This document shows positions 1-8,397 of a stretch of 33,525 nt of DNA, piece by piece. Both the position numbers and the translations under genes were made by a program. Position 1 is the stretch's first letter. The number at the start of each line of letters is the position of its first letter. Under the pieces are notes generated by a model. That model was not told the origin of the DNA. It saw only the letters and a program-made list of their open reading frames with translations, and searched no databases. Source of the stretch: an uncultured delta proteobacterium (GTDB lineage Bacteria > Myxococcota > Myxococcia > Myxococcales > 40CM-4-68-19); contig CAIWCD010000012.1 in assembly GCA_903911145.1 (NCBI GenBank), positions 1 through 33,525 of the forward strand, in the 5' to 3' direction.

Positions 1-170
1 CCCTGCCACAGCGCATTGTGCCAGCCGAAATCGCCGTGAATCAGCGCAGTTGGCAAGTCGGTCAGGATCGTCTCAAGCCGCGGCAGCAGCGCGCAGAGGT
101 GATCCCGCACGGCCGCCACCAAATCGTCGCGGACGCCAACCGGCGATAAGCACTTCAAGTGGCCACCCAT
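1..170 (-). pseudogene. 5'-truncated aminoglycoside phosphotransferase/choline kinase-like gene fragment, running off the left edge
   Basis: Manual translation of the minus strand from the ATG at 170 gives MGGHLKCLSPVGVRDDLVAAVRDHLCALLPRLETILTDLPTALIHGDFGWHNALWQ. HGDxxxxN is the APH/choline-kinase catalytic motif. It lies only ~45 codons in, and there is an in-frame stop at 225-227, so the N-lobe is missing. Not in the ORF track. Confidence 0.65.
145..167 (-). mobile_element. Putative oriIS terminus of the IS91/ISCR-like element
   Basis: The minus strand reads GGTGGCCACTTGAAGTGCTTATC about 130-150 bp downstream of the transposase stop. This resembles, from memory, the TTGAAnTTCCTAT-type oriIS ends of IS91/ISCR elements, and the truncated phosphotransferase sequence begins right after it. 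Confidence 0.45.
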
Positions 171-298
171 CAAGTCGCCGCCTCGATCTGCGCGCCTTCT
201 GCTCAGAGATCTGTTCTCTGGTCGCTACTCTCACCCATCGCGCGAGACGCGCGCAAGCCGAAAATAAGGCATAGGCGCGAGCGGTCCCTACGCGCCCT

Positions 299-1843
299 TC
301 AGCGGAGCGCCTGATGCAGCGAAGGTACGTCGTCTTGCCAGAGAGCCGGGTCCTGCGGGGCCGTGCTACGGGCCGGCGCAATCGGCGGCCCGGTCGTCGG
401 CAGGCCGAGGTGCTCCAGGATCGCCTTGACCACGGCGCGCTCGGTGATGAAGGCGATGACCCTCCGGCGGCCACCGCAGGGACAGGCGAGCACGTCCTCG
501 CGGAAGACGCGCTGGAGCAGCTCCGCCCACGGAATCTTGGCGTCCGGTCTGCGTGGCTTCGATGGCTCTGCCCGCCGCGCCGTCTTGTCCGGTTCGGCTG
601 GTGCCGCGAGTGTCGGTTCGGATCCTCGATGTTCGTGCGCGCTCTCGGCGAGCGCCGCCGGCACGATCTCTCTGCGCCACCTCGAAGCCGGAGCAAATGT
701 TCCGTGGAAACGAACGAGGTGCGCGCGCGGCGGAGGCACCAGCGTCGCGAGACGCCGAAGCAACTCGACCGGCTCAAGTCGCAGCTCCTGGCTGCCGTCG
801 GCGAGCGGGCGCTTCATCTGGATCGCGAGGCGCCCGTCGGGCAGCGCGGAGAGCCGATCCAGCGACAACGCAGGCCGTGCGCCATAGCCGCACAACCGAG
901 CCAAGCCCTCCCGATCGTTGCCGTGCAGATGGACACCGGCATGCAATGAGAAGCCTTCGAGGTAGGCGGAGTGCTTCTTCGTGATCGCGGCGTTGGCTGG
1001 TTTGCCGGAGAGGGTGGCCACCGAGTCCGCCTGGGCTTCGGCGAGCGCGTCGGGTGTGCGCGCGTCGTCCTGTGCGATTTCGAGGCGCGGGCGTAAGAGC
1101 TTTAGGGCTCGCGCCACGAGCTTCTGAAGGATCGCCTTCACTTCGTCGTCCGAGGGTGCGTCAAGCGACTCGAAGCGGATCTGTCCATCTTCGCGGACGA
1201 AGACTCCGTCTGGGATGACGCAGTGGAAATGGACATTGAGATTGATCGCGGAGCCAAATCGCTGAACGAATGAAATAGCTCCAGGCCGCGAGGCGCGCGC
1301 TCCTGCCTTCCGGGCCCGGCGTCTGTGGCTGTTGAAGATCTCGCGCAGGCAGAGATCGAGCGTGCGAGTGATTAGCGCCGGGTCGCGCGCGAGCAGAAAG
1401 CGCGCCCAGCGCGGCAACGAGAGCACCCACTGGCGCACCGGCACGCTCGGGATGACGCGGTCGACGAGGTGGAGCGCCGTGCCCTGCATGCGGCGCGTGG
1501 TGCACGAGGGGCAGAAGCCGCGACCGCGACACGAGAAGGCGACGAGCATGTCCTTCCCGCACGTGTCGCAATGCACCCGCGCGAAGCCGTTGGCAAGGAT
1601 GCCGCAAGCCAGGTATCGCTCGAACTCGCCGATGACGAATCCTGGGAGGCTTCCGCCGTCGGTCCGCTGGGCGACCTCGGCGAGGAGGGTGTTCCAGTGG
1701 GTGCGAACAGTCTCGTAGAGGATCGATTTCTCCGGCTCGCGACGACGATAGGACGAGCTTGGCGGTGCGCGCGCGTCGGCTGCGCGACGTTCGCAGGGCT
1801 GAACTGGTCCCGCCGCGTCGAGCATGCAGCGGCGCCACTCCAC
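299..1843 (-). CDS. IS91/ISCR-family rolling-circle (HUH) transposase
   Basis: N-terminal Zn-binding motif [16 protein letters not shown]...[15 protein letters not shown] motif NVHFH, catalytic Tyr region [11 protein letters not shown] and C-terminal CPCGG. The start may instead be the ATG at 1825. Confidence 0.92.
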   Translation of the reverse strand: MEWRRCMLDAAGPVQPCERRAADARAPPSSSYRRREPEKSILYETVRTHWNTLLAEVAQRTDGGSLPGFVIGEFERYLACGILANGFARVHCDTCGKDMLVAFSCRGRGFCPSCTTRRMQGTALHLVDRVIPSVPVRQWVLSLPRWARFLLARDPALITRTLDLCLREIFNSHRRRARKAGARASRPGAISFVQRFGSAINLNVHFHCVIPDGVFVREDGQIRFESLDAPSDDEVKAILQKLVARALKLLRPRLEIAQDDARTPDALAEAQADSVATLSGKPANAAITKKHSAYLEGFSLHAGVHLHGNDREGLARLCGYGARPALSLDRLSALPDGRLAIQMKRPLADGSQELRLEPVELLRRLATLVPPPRAHLVRFHGTFAPASRWRREIVPAALAESAHEHRGSEPTLAAPAEPDKTARRAEPSKPRRPDAKIPWAELLQRVFREDVLACPCGGRRRVIAFITERAVVKAILEHLGLPTTGPPIAPARSTAPQDPALWQDDVPSLHQALR

Positions 1844-2015
1844 GAAGCGTGCCGGACTCGGCGCCGCTCGGAGCGCGTCGAAGAGCCACGTGGAGGCGAC
1901 TCATTTCGAGACGCTTGAGGGTCTCACTTCGAGCCCGTGTTCGGCGCGGAGGGGCCACGCTGAGACCGCCGCCGAGTTTCGAATCACTCACCGTCGCCGG
2001 CAGGAGATGACTGCG

Positions 2016-3125
2016 ATGCGCGTCCGGGTTCGCGAGAACAAGAAGCCAAGCTGGATCATGGTGGACGTCCGCATTGGGTTGCCAGTTCCCGTGCAGCCGA
2101 AGTTCGGTGCCCAGCGGAGGGAACAACCGAAAAAGGACGCACCAACCCTCCGCGAATTTGCGCCGCGCTGGCTCGATGGTTATGCGCGCGCGAACAAGCT
2201 CAAGCCGAGCACCGTGAACACCTACGAGAACATCAGGCTGAAGCTCCACATCCTGCCTGCGCTGGGAGCGCTGCGCTTGTCCGAGGTGGACGACGCGGCC
2301 TTGCAGCGATTGAAGGGACGAATGCTTGAGCTCGACCCGAAGACCGTCAACGACGTCCTTGGGGTCCTCTCGAAGCTTCTGAAGACAGCGATCGAGTGGA
2401 AAGAGATCGATGTCATGCCGTGCATGATCAAGCCGCTGAGGCGCGACATGAACAAGGCGCCGCGCTTCCATGACTTCGACGAGTACGAGCAGCTCGTCGA
2501 GAGCGCAGCGAAAGAGGGTGCGGACGTGCTCGCGTTCCTCCTCCTTGGTGGCGAGGCTGGTCTGCGACGTGGTGAAATCATCGCGGTCGAGTGGCCCGAC
2601 ATCGACTTCAAGCGCAACCAGATCACCGTCGCGCGCGCCGATTGGGAAGGCACTGTCGGCGTGCCAAAAGGCGGGAAGACGAGGCGGGTGCCGATGACAA
2701 CGCGGCTGGTGGCGGCGCTGCAAGCCATCCGTCACCAGCGCGGGCGGCGGGTGCTCATCCAGGCGGACGGTTGTCCCGTCACCAAGGACACCGTGCGGAC
2801 CTGGATGCGGCGGGCGCTCAAGCTGGCTGGGATGCCGGAGACGAACGATATCCATATCCTGCGCCACACGTTCTGCTCGCACTTGGCGATGAGGGGCGCA
2901 TCGGCGAGGGCCATCATGGTGTTGGCTGGGCACTCCGACCTGACCACGACGATGAGGTACATGCATCTGTCATCAGCCTCGGTGAACGGCGCGATTCGGC
3001 TGCTTGAACAGCGCGGCTCACCCGATTCACCTGCCCAGCAACGTCGAGTTGCCCCAGTTGGTCGCACTGGAGAAGAGGCACGTGGGCCTGCGCCTCGTCC
3101 TCATCGACGTCGAACTGGATCGTGA
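2016..3125 (+). CDS. Tyrosine recombinase (phage integrase family)
   Basis: Canonical catalytic set: GLRRGEI (R), PKGG (K), HILRH (HxxR), LAGH and TTMRY (Y). Start placed at ATG 2016 behind AGGAG (2002-2006); the ORF track extends the frame to 1824. Confidence 0.9.
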   Translation: MRVRVRENKKPSWIMVDVRIGLPVPVQPKFGAQRREQPKKDAPTLREFAPRWLDGYARANKLKPSTVNTYENIRLKLHILPALGALRLSEVDDAALQRLKGRMLELDPKTVNDVLGVLSKLLKTAIEWKEIDVMPCMIKPLRRDMNKAPRFHDFDEYEQLVESAAKEGADVLAFLLLGGEAGLRRGEIIAVEWPDIDFKRNQITVARADWEGTVGVPKGGKTRRVPMTTRLVAALQAIRHQRGRRVLIQADGCPVTKDTVRTWMRRALKLAGMPETNDIHILRHTFCSHLAMRGASARAIMVLAGHSDLTTTMRYMHLSSASVNGAIRLLEQRGSPDSPAQQRRVAPVGRTGEEARGPAPRPHRRRTGS

Positions 3126-3275
3126 CGCCGCGCGTGGCGCGAACCCCACTGCGGTGGCCTGTCGGCAAGCCAGAAGCGGCGAGCTGCATGCGCCGTGAGT
3201 CGCGCCGAGGTGTCGAGTGCCTCGGGACACGAGCAGGATCCGAGCGGTGGTCGACGTGCGGATTGCCGTCCGCGC

Positions 3276-3304
3276 TTGACTTCTTTGCGTATTCTATTTA
3301 GACT
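3276..3304 (+). promoter_or_regulatory. Sigma70-type promoter for the excisionase-like gene
   Basis: TTGACT (3276-3281), a 17-bp spacer and TAGACT (3299-3304) in an AT-rich patch, followed by AGGAGG (3321-3326) and ATG 3332. Confidence 0.65.
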
Positions 3305-3331
3305 CTATCAAGATATACACAGGAGGCGCTG

Positions 3332-3802
3332 ATGAGTTCGCCGCGGAAGTTGAATTCAGGGGTCGTGCGGCTCGTGCACAGCGCGCTCGGCGGCCACGGG
3401 GACGCGCGCGCGACGGTGGAGTTGCCGAGGGATACTCTCGCGCAAGTCGCAGGCGAGCTGGGCCGACTCGGAAAGCTGCTCGAAGAAGAGCGCGTGAGCG
3501 AGCCCTCCGTCGAAGCGCAGGCGACCCGCTTCGATGGCCGCGAGCTGGCGGCCATCGAAAGGCTGGAAGCGAAGTTCGACAGCCTGATCCCCAAGCTCCA
3601 GCCAAAGACTCCGAGCGACGTGCCCAAGCGACGCGCCTATCCCCTGCGCGAAGCGGCGACCCTCATGGGAATCAGCCTGACCAAGCTCAAGGATCTGATC
3701 CGCGAGCGCAAGATCGCCATCGTTGTGGCCGGGGCGCGACGAAGAGTTCTCGACGCGGAGCTCGATCGCTATCTGCTCAGCAACGGCAAGCGCCGTTCCT
3801 AG
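3332..3802 (+). CDS. Excisionase-family (HTH_17/MerR-like) DNA-binding protein with N-terminal extension
   Basis: The C-terminal AYPLREAATLMGISLTKLKDLIRERKIAIVVAGARRRVLDAELDRYL is a typical Xis winged HTH. Strong RBS; adjacent to the integrase. Confidence 0.8.
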   Translation: MSSPRKLNSGVVRLVHSALGGHGDARATVELPRDTLAQVAGELGRLGKLLEEERVSEPSVEAQATRFDGRELAAIERLEAKFDSLIPKLQPKTPSDVPKRRAYPLREAATLMGISLTKLKDLIRERKIAIVVAGARRRVLDAELDRYLLSNGKRRS

Positions 3803-4854
3803 CGCACGAGCGTCGGGACCCGCTTGGGCGCAGCGTGCGTCGAGTAGAACCGCTTCAGCGTCGACACCGAGCGATGGCCGAGGAACGCAGCCACCGACGC
3901 AGGATCCGCACCCGCGTTGACCGCCCACGTGGCGACCGAGTGCCTCATCTGTCCGGCGTGAAAGACGGGGATCTTGGCTGCTGCGCACGCAGAACGCAGC
4001 GCCGCGTTGAACGTGTGCGGGTCCCACGCGACACCGCGCTCTTTGAGTCGCTCCGCAGCGGCGAGCACGATCGCACCGACGCGAACCCGATGAGGCACAC
4101 CGCTCTTGTGGCCGAACATCAAGACGGCCTTTGCGTCCTTCGTGCCATTGGGGACCGGCTCGATGGAGCCCTCGCGAATGAAGCGCTCCAGCTCGCTGTA
4201 GTGGCAGCCCGTGCCGCCGAGCACGAGCAGTCCATCCCTTACCGGGCCGACGAGATGCTCCAGCGCGAGGTCGAAGTGGTCGCGTGGGATCGCCTTGAGC
4301 CTGCGCGCCTGCTCGGGCCTCGCCTGGGGCACGGGCAGATCGATGGTTGCGTCCTCGGCGGTCTTGAGCAGCCGCTTCACTTTCCGCAGCCAACCCATGA
4401 GCGCCTTGAGCACCTTGATCCGGTGCGCCTTCCCAGGAACATCGAGCAGCACGGGATCGATGTCGTCGCGCAAATTGAGCTGGCGCAGATCGCGCCCCAG
4501 GAGCTTCTCGCGCCACCACGCGAGATAGATCCTCTGGGTCGAGATCCAGTTCGGCGAGTTCTTCTTCACCTCGGTCGAGTGCTTGAGGAACTCGTCCGTC
4601 AGCTCCTCGTTCATGAAGACGGCGTCGTACTCCTCGTCCTTCTTCACGTAGCCGGATGGGTCGCCTTCGAATCGCGCGAGGTGTTTGAGCGCCGCCGAGA
4701 TCGTATGCGCGCGCGTCGAGGTTTTGTAGCGGCGACCCCGGACCATCCGCGCGATGACGAACGTAGCCCTGCCGGATGCGGTGTAGCGAATGGTGCCGCC
4801 CTCCCAGCAAGTGGGGCGCCCCTTCGCATCGGGGTTCCAGGTGAGCGAAGGCAT
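3799..4854 (-). CDS. tRNA-targeting tyrosine integrase with atypical catalytic motifs
   Basis: Motifs GTGCHYSE, HKSG, GQMRHSVAT and FLGHRS...RFY. Adjacent to the tRNA 3' end. Start placed at ATG 4854 behind GGGAG; the alternative is ATG 4875. Confidence 0.88.
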   Translation of the reverse strand: MPSLTWNPDAKGRPTCWEGGTIRYTASGRATFVIARMVRGRRYKTSTRAHTISAALKHLARFEGDPSGYVKKDEEYDAVFMNEELTDEFLKHSTEVKKNSPNWISTQRIYLAWWREKLLGRDLRQLNLRDDIDPVLLDVPGKAHRIKVLKALMGWLRKVKRLLKTAEDATIDLPVPQARPEQARRLKAIPRDHFDLALEHLVGPVRDGLLVLGGTGCHYSELERFIREGSIEPVPNGTKDAKAVLMFGHKSGVPHRVRVGAIVLAAAERLKERGVAWDPHTFNAALRSACAAAKIPVFHAGQMRHSVATWAVNAGADPASVAAFLGHRSVSTLKRFYSTHAAPKRVPTLVR

Positions 4855-4916
4855 CGGTGCGTCTCCCAGTTCCATGCGCCTTCGAGCCCGAATGGAACTC
4901 TATCGGCTCGATCGCA

Positions 4917-4936
4917 ACTACCCCAGGATTACCCCA
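4917..4936. repeat. Tandem direct repeat ACTACCCCA/ATTACCCCA with 11-bp period; candidate integrase arm-type sites
   Basis: TACCCCA at 4919-4925 and 4930-4936, located between the integrase start and the tRNA. Confidence 0.5.
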
Positions 4937-5003
4937 CGTATAGATTTCAGTGCAAGGCTCCGCTAAGACAGAGCAGATAAGTTACTGAATTTATTTGTTT
5001 TAT

Positions 5004-5079
<76 letters not shown>

Positions 5080-5214
5080 GTCGCGCGCAGTATCCACGCC
5101 GCGCGGCTGCGCGCAATCCAGATCTGTGCGCGATGAATCGATCGCGCGCTCTTGGGGGCGGCGCGCGATTGCATGCGCGAAGCTTGACGGCGCACCTTTG
5201 CGCGATCACGCTCG

Positions 5215-6750
5215 ATGCGCTTGATCCTCTGCACCACGCATCCATCTTCGCCCGCCGGCTGGCGCTGCACGGTCTGCGGACGAGACCTCTGCCCCGACTG
5301 CACGGGCTTTCGCGTCGCCGGACAGGGCCGCGTCGAACTCTGCATGCCGTGCGGTTCTCTCGCGCACCGGCTGCGCGCGCACCGCTCCGAGCACGCGCCG
5401 CTGAGCACCACTCTCTTGTCGTCTCTGCGCTGGCCCTCTTCACGCGAAGGCCTCATCTCGCTCGCCGCCGTCTCGGTCATCGTTCATCTGCTGCAGTTGT
5501 CGGGCGGACTCGGCGGCCTCATCGGCTTCGGCGTCATGCTCGCGTACCTCTTCCAGATCGTGCGCCACACTGCGGCGGGCCACGACGACGTCCCCGCGCC
5601 GGAAGATTTCCACAACATCTTCGACGATGTGATCGGCCCCAGCTTCCGCGCGCTGCTCGCCTCGATGTGGTTCCTCGCGCCGCCGATGATCTGGATCTAC
5701 GAGAACGCGCACTCGCTGCGTGATGTGCTGGCGTTCGATGAGATCGTGCCGATCACGCCGCTCCCCGTCGCGCTGATGCTGCTCGGCGCCCTGCTCTATC
5801 CGATGTCGATCATCATCGGCGCGCTGCGCGGCCCGATGTACGCGATGCTCAACCCGATCGCGGTCATCGGCGGCGCGCTGCGTCTCGGCAGCGACTACTG
5901 GCGCTGCTCGCTGTTCTGTCTGGCCTGCTCGTTCGGAGGCGGCCTCGTCTCGGCAGGCTGCGACGCCCTCTTTGATCGCGTGCCGATCCCCTTCAGTGGA
6001 TTCCTTGGCGCGGCGATTTCGCTCTACCTCCCCTTCGTCTCGTTTCGCGCGCTGGGCCTGCTCGTGCGCGCGCGCGGCGATGAGCTCGGCTACGGCGGTG
6101 GAGACGCGTATCGCGTGGCGATCCTCGACGCGTCGCCGCGCCACGAGGTGAAGCCCGTGGAGATCGCGAGCGGCTCTGCGCACGAGCGTCTCTACGCGCC
6201 GATCGAACTCGGGCCGATGATGCACCCGATGGAGATTCAAGCGGTCGCCGAGAGCGCCGCAGAGCTCGGAACACCAACGCCGCAGCTGGAGTTCGAGGAG
6301 GAGCGCAAAGCCGCTCCAGGCGCGGTCGCGCTGCCTGAGACAGTCGACGCACAGCTGCCCTCGCGACTGGCGATGAGCATGGCCACACGGGATCTCGACA
6401 ACGCACGCGCGCTGCTGCGTGCAGGGGGCGCGTCGATCCCGGCGAGCACGCTCTCGGCGCAGAGCTGGAGCGAGCTTGCGCGCAGCATGGGCGAAGAGGC
6501 CGCGCGCACGTCGCCCGACGAGAAGCGTGCGCGGGCGGAGCTGTCGCTGCTCGCCTGCATGCGCGCCATCGAGCTCGCGCCGCAAGGAGCTCTCGCGCCG
6601 AAGATCTGGCTGCAGGCCGCGCGGCTCTGCGACGAGTTGCTCTCGAATCGCACGCGCAGCGATCGCCTGCTTCGCGAGCTTGTGCAGCGTTTCCCCGAGA
6701 CGGACGAAGGCAAGTTCGCAGCGCGCCGACTCGCAGCCGCACCGAAGTAA
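5215..6750 (+). CDS. Membrane protein: N-terminal B-box-like Zn finger, multi-pass TM region (DUF4013-like), C-terminal TPR-like helices
   Basis: CxxH...CxxC...CxxC...CxxC at the N-terminus, about 6 hydrophobic segments, and a TPR-like tail RELVQRFPETDEGKFAARRL. Confidence 0.7.
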   Translation: MRLILCTTHPSSPAGWRCTVCGRDLCPDCTGFRVAGQGRVELCMPCGSLAHRLRAHRSEHAPLSTTLLSSLRWPSSREGLISLAAVSVIVHLLQLSGGLGGLIGFGVMLAYLFQIVRHTAAGHDDVPAPEDFHNIFDDVIGPSFRALLASMWFLAPPMIWIYENAHSLRDVLAFDEIVPITPLPVALMLLGALLYPMSIIIGALRGPMYAMLNPIAVIGGALRLGSDYWRCSLFCLACSFGGGLVSAGCDALFDRVPIPFSGFLGAAISLYLPFVSFRALGLLVRARGDELGYGGGDAYRVAILDASPRHEVKPVEIASGSAHERLYAPIELGPMMHPMEIQAVAESAAELGTPTPQLEFEEERKAAPGAVALPETVDAQLPSRLAMSMATRDLDNARALLRAGGASIPASTLSAQSWSELARSMGEEAARTSPDEKRARAELSLLACMRAIELAPQGALAPKIWLQAARLCDELLSNRTRSDRLLRELVQRFPETDEGKFAARRLAAAPK

Positions 6751-6768
6751 CGACGTCGCGAACCGCTC

Positions 6769-8358
6769 CTAGAGCGGGTCCGGAGGAGTGGAGCCCTCAC
6801 TGGCCGGCGGTCGAAGCACAGCGAAGAAGCCGCGCACGCCGGTCTGCCAGAGCGAGGCGAGCGCGAGCAGAACCAGTCCGGCCGCCGCGCAAAGAGGGAA
6901 GAGCGCGCTGTGAACCTGTTGCGCTGGCAACAACCCCTGGCTGCGCACCAGCGCTGCCACGGCGACGTGCGCGCGCTCGAGGAAGAGCGGCCGCGCGAGC
7001 AGCATCGCCGCGCAAACACCGAGCGCGAGCAGCAGGAGCGCGCCCATGAGCCGCTGCTTGAGTGCGCCTCTCCACGCAGCGCGGCGGGCGAGCAGCGGAC
7101 CGAGCGCAAGAGCAGGAACGAGCAGCGCCGCATTCGGAATCCACTCTGCGGGAGAGGAGAGAAGCGCGACCACCAGCAGCGTCGTCACGCTCGCGCTCAG
7201 GCCCGACAAGAGCAGCACAACGAGCGTCGCGATCGCGGTTGCCGCGAGGGAAAGTTCGGGCGAGGTCAGCGAAGCCGTGCGCGGCGGCAGCCAGAGAACG
7301 AGGACGAACAGGAGCGCCGCGATCACTCGCCCTGGCGCTCTCGTCGACGTGCCGGAGATCACGCGAAAGACGAAACCGCGCTCGGCCTCCTGCGGCCGGC
7401 CGTCTCCGGGAGCAAACGCCGACGACATCGCCCAGCCGCACAGCCCGATCGCCAACTGCGCGACGGCGGCGAACAGGCCAAGCGCGCGCAGAGAGACAAG
7501 GAGCGCATCGAGTTCGGGCCGCGTCGCCAGTGCACGCCGCGGGCTGCGCGGCAGGGCCACGAGCAGATCGGCGGCAAGCAGCGCCGGCGCGCAGGGAAGG
7601 AAGAGCGCACCAAGTCCGTAGAGGAGGTCGACCTGGATCGACTCGCCGAAGATCGCGCTGACGAGCGCGATGCCGACTCCGAGCAGCGCTGCGAGCAGAT
7701 CGGCCGCGCGCTCCCAGGGCTGCGCAAATGTCTGTACGCGGATCTCATCGGCGACCACGTGGAGGAGCGCGCCGGCCATCACGGCGCTCGCGATCTCCTG
7801 CGCGTGGCCGGTGGAAAATCCGCCGGGGATGAGACCGCCCGCGAGCGCGCCCACCGCGCCCGAGAGAGCGACGAGCAGCACGCGCCGCATGATGCCGCGC
7901 GCATCGAGCAATTCGAGGAACGGGAGGATGACAGCCGCGGTCAGCGGCGCATGATGCGCAACGAGCGCGATCTCGAGATCGACGTGCGAGCCGCTGCCGT
8001 CGGCCACGGCGCGCAGCGCAAGCCCCTCGAGCAGCGAATGCGCGACGAGCGCGAGGAGGCCCAGCTCCGCCGCGACGCGCGCAGGAGAGAATCCGCGCGC
8101 GCGCAGCCCCGGCCCCCAGGAGCGTGCGCGCCATTCGAGCAGTCCCGGAAGCGCAAAGCCGAGCATCGCCCAGAGCAGCCCGACCGCGCCGAGCGACTCG
8201 AGCACCTCGGGCAAGAGATGCAGCCCGACCACGCCAGCTGCGGCCGCGAACGCGAACGTCCTCGTCAACTCCAGCAGCACGCGCCGCCGACGCACCGCCA
8301 GCGCGAGCGCGCCGCCGAGCAGAGCTGAACCACTGGCGAGAAGGAGGGCGAGGAGCAT
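6769..8358 (-). CDS. ZIP-like divalent metal transporter domain fused to a second membrane region
   Basis: ZIP-like motifs HLLPE, AHSLLEGLAL and ALVAHHAP in the first ~235 aa. The remainder is also very hydrophobic. Confidence 0.6.
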   Translation of the reverse strand: MLLALLLASGSALLGGALALAVRRRRVLLELTRTFAFAAAAGVVGLHLLPEVLESLGAVGLLWAMLGFALPGLLEWRARSWGPGLRARGFSPARVAAELGLLALVAHSLLEGLALRAVADGSGSHVDLEIALVAHHAPLTAAVILPFLELLDARGIMRRVLLVALSGAVGALAGGLIPGGFSTGHAQEIASAVMAGALLHVVADEIRVQTFAQPWERAADLLAALLGVGIALVSAIFGESIQVDLLYGLGALFLPCAPALLAADLLVALPRSPRRALATRPELDALLVSLRALGLFAAVAQLAIGLCGWAMSSAFAPGDGRPQEAERGFVFRVISGTSTRAPGRVIAALLFVLVLWLPPRTASLTSPELSLAATAIATLVVLLLSGLSASVTTLLVVALLSSPAEWIPNAALLVPALALGPLLARRAAWRGALKQRLMGALLLLALGVCAAMLLARPLFLERAHVAVAALVRSQGLLPAQQVHSALFPLCAAAGLVLLALASLWQTGVRGFFAVLRPPASEGSTPPDPL

Positions 8359-8397
8359 GGGGCCTGAAGCGCGAATCGGCGCGAAAGGGCGCGAACG

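Larger units (their letters stand above)
1..5003. mobile_element. tRNA-proximal end of a genomic island/integrative element at tRNA-Lys; the other end lies outside the window
   Basis: A tyrosine integrase lies just downstream of the tRNA 3' end across an AT-rich junction (4976-5003), followed by an excisionase-like gene, a second recombinase and a transposase. No second att copy was seen in the window. Confidence 0.75.

Noticed and set aside
3004..3230. Short ORFs overlapping the recombinase tail
   Set aside because: No recognisable motif or RBS. It may be a gene remnant, but I cannot determine strand or identity.
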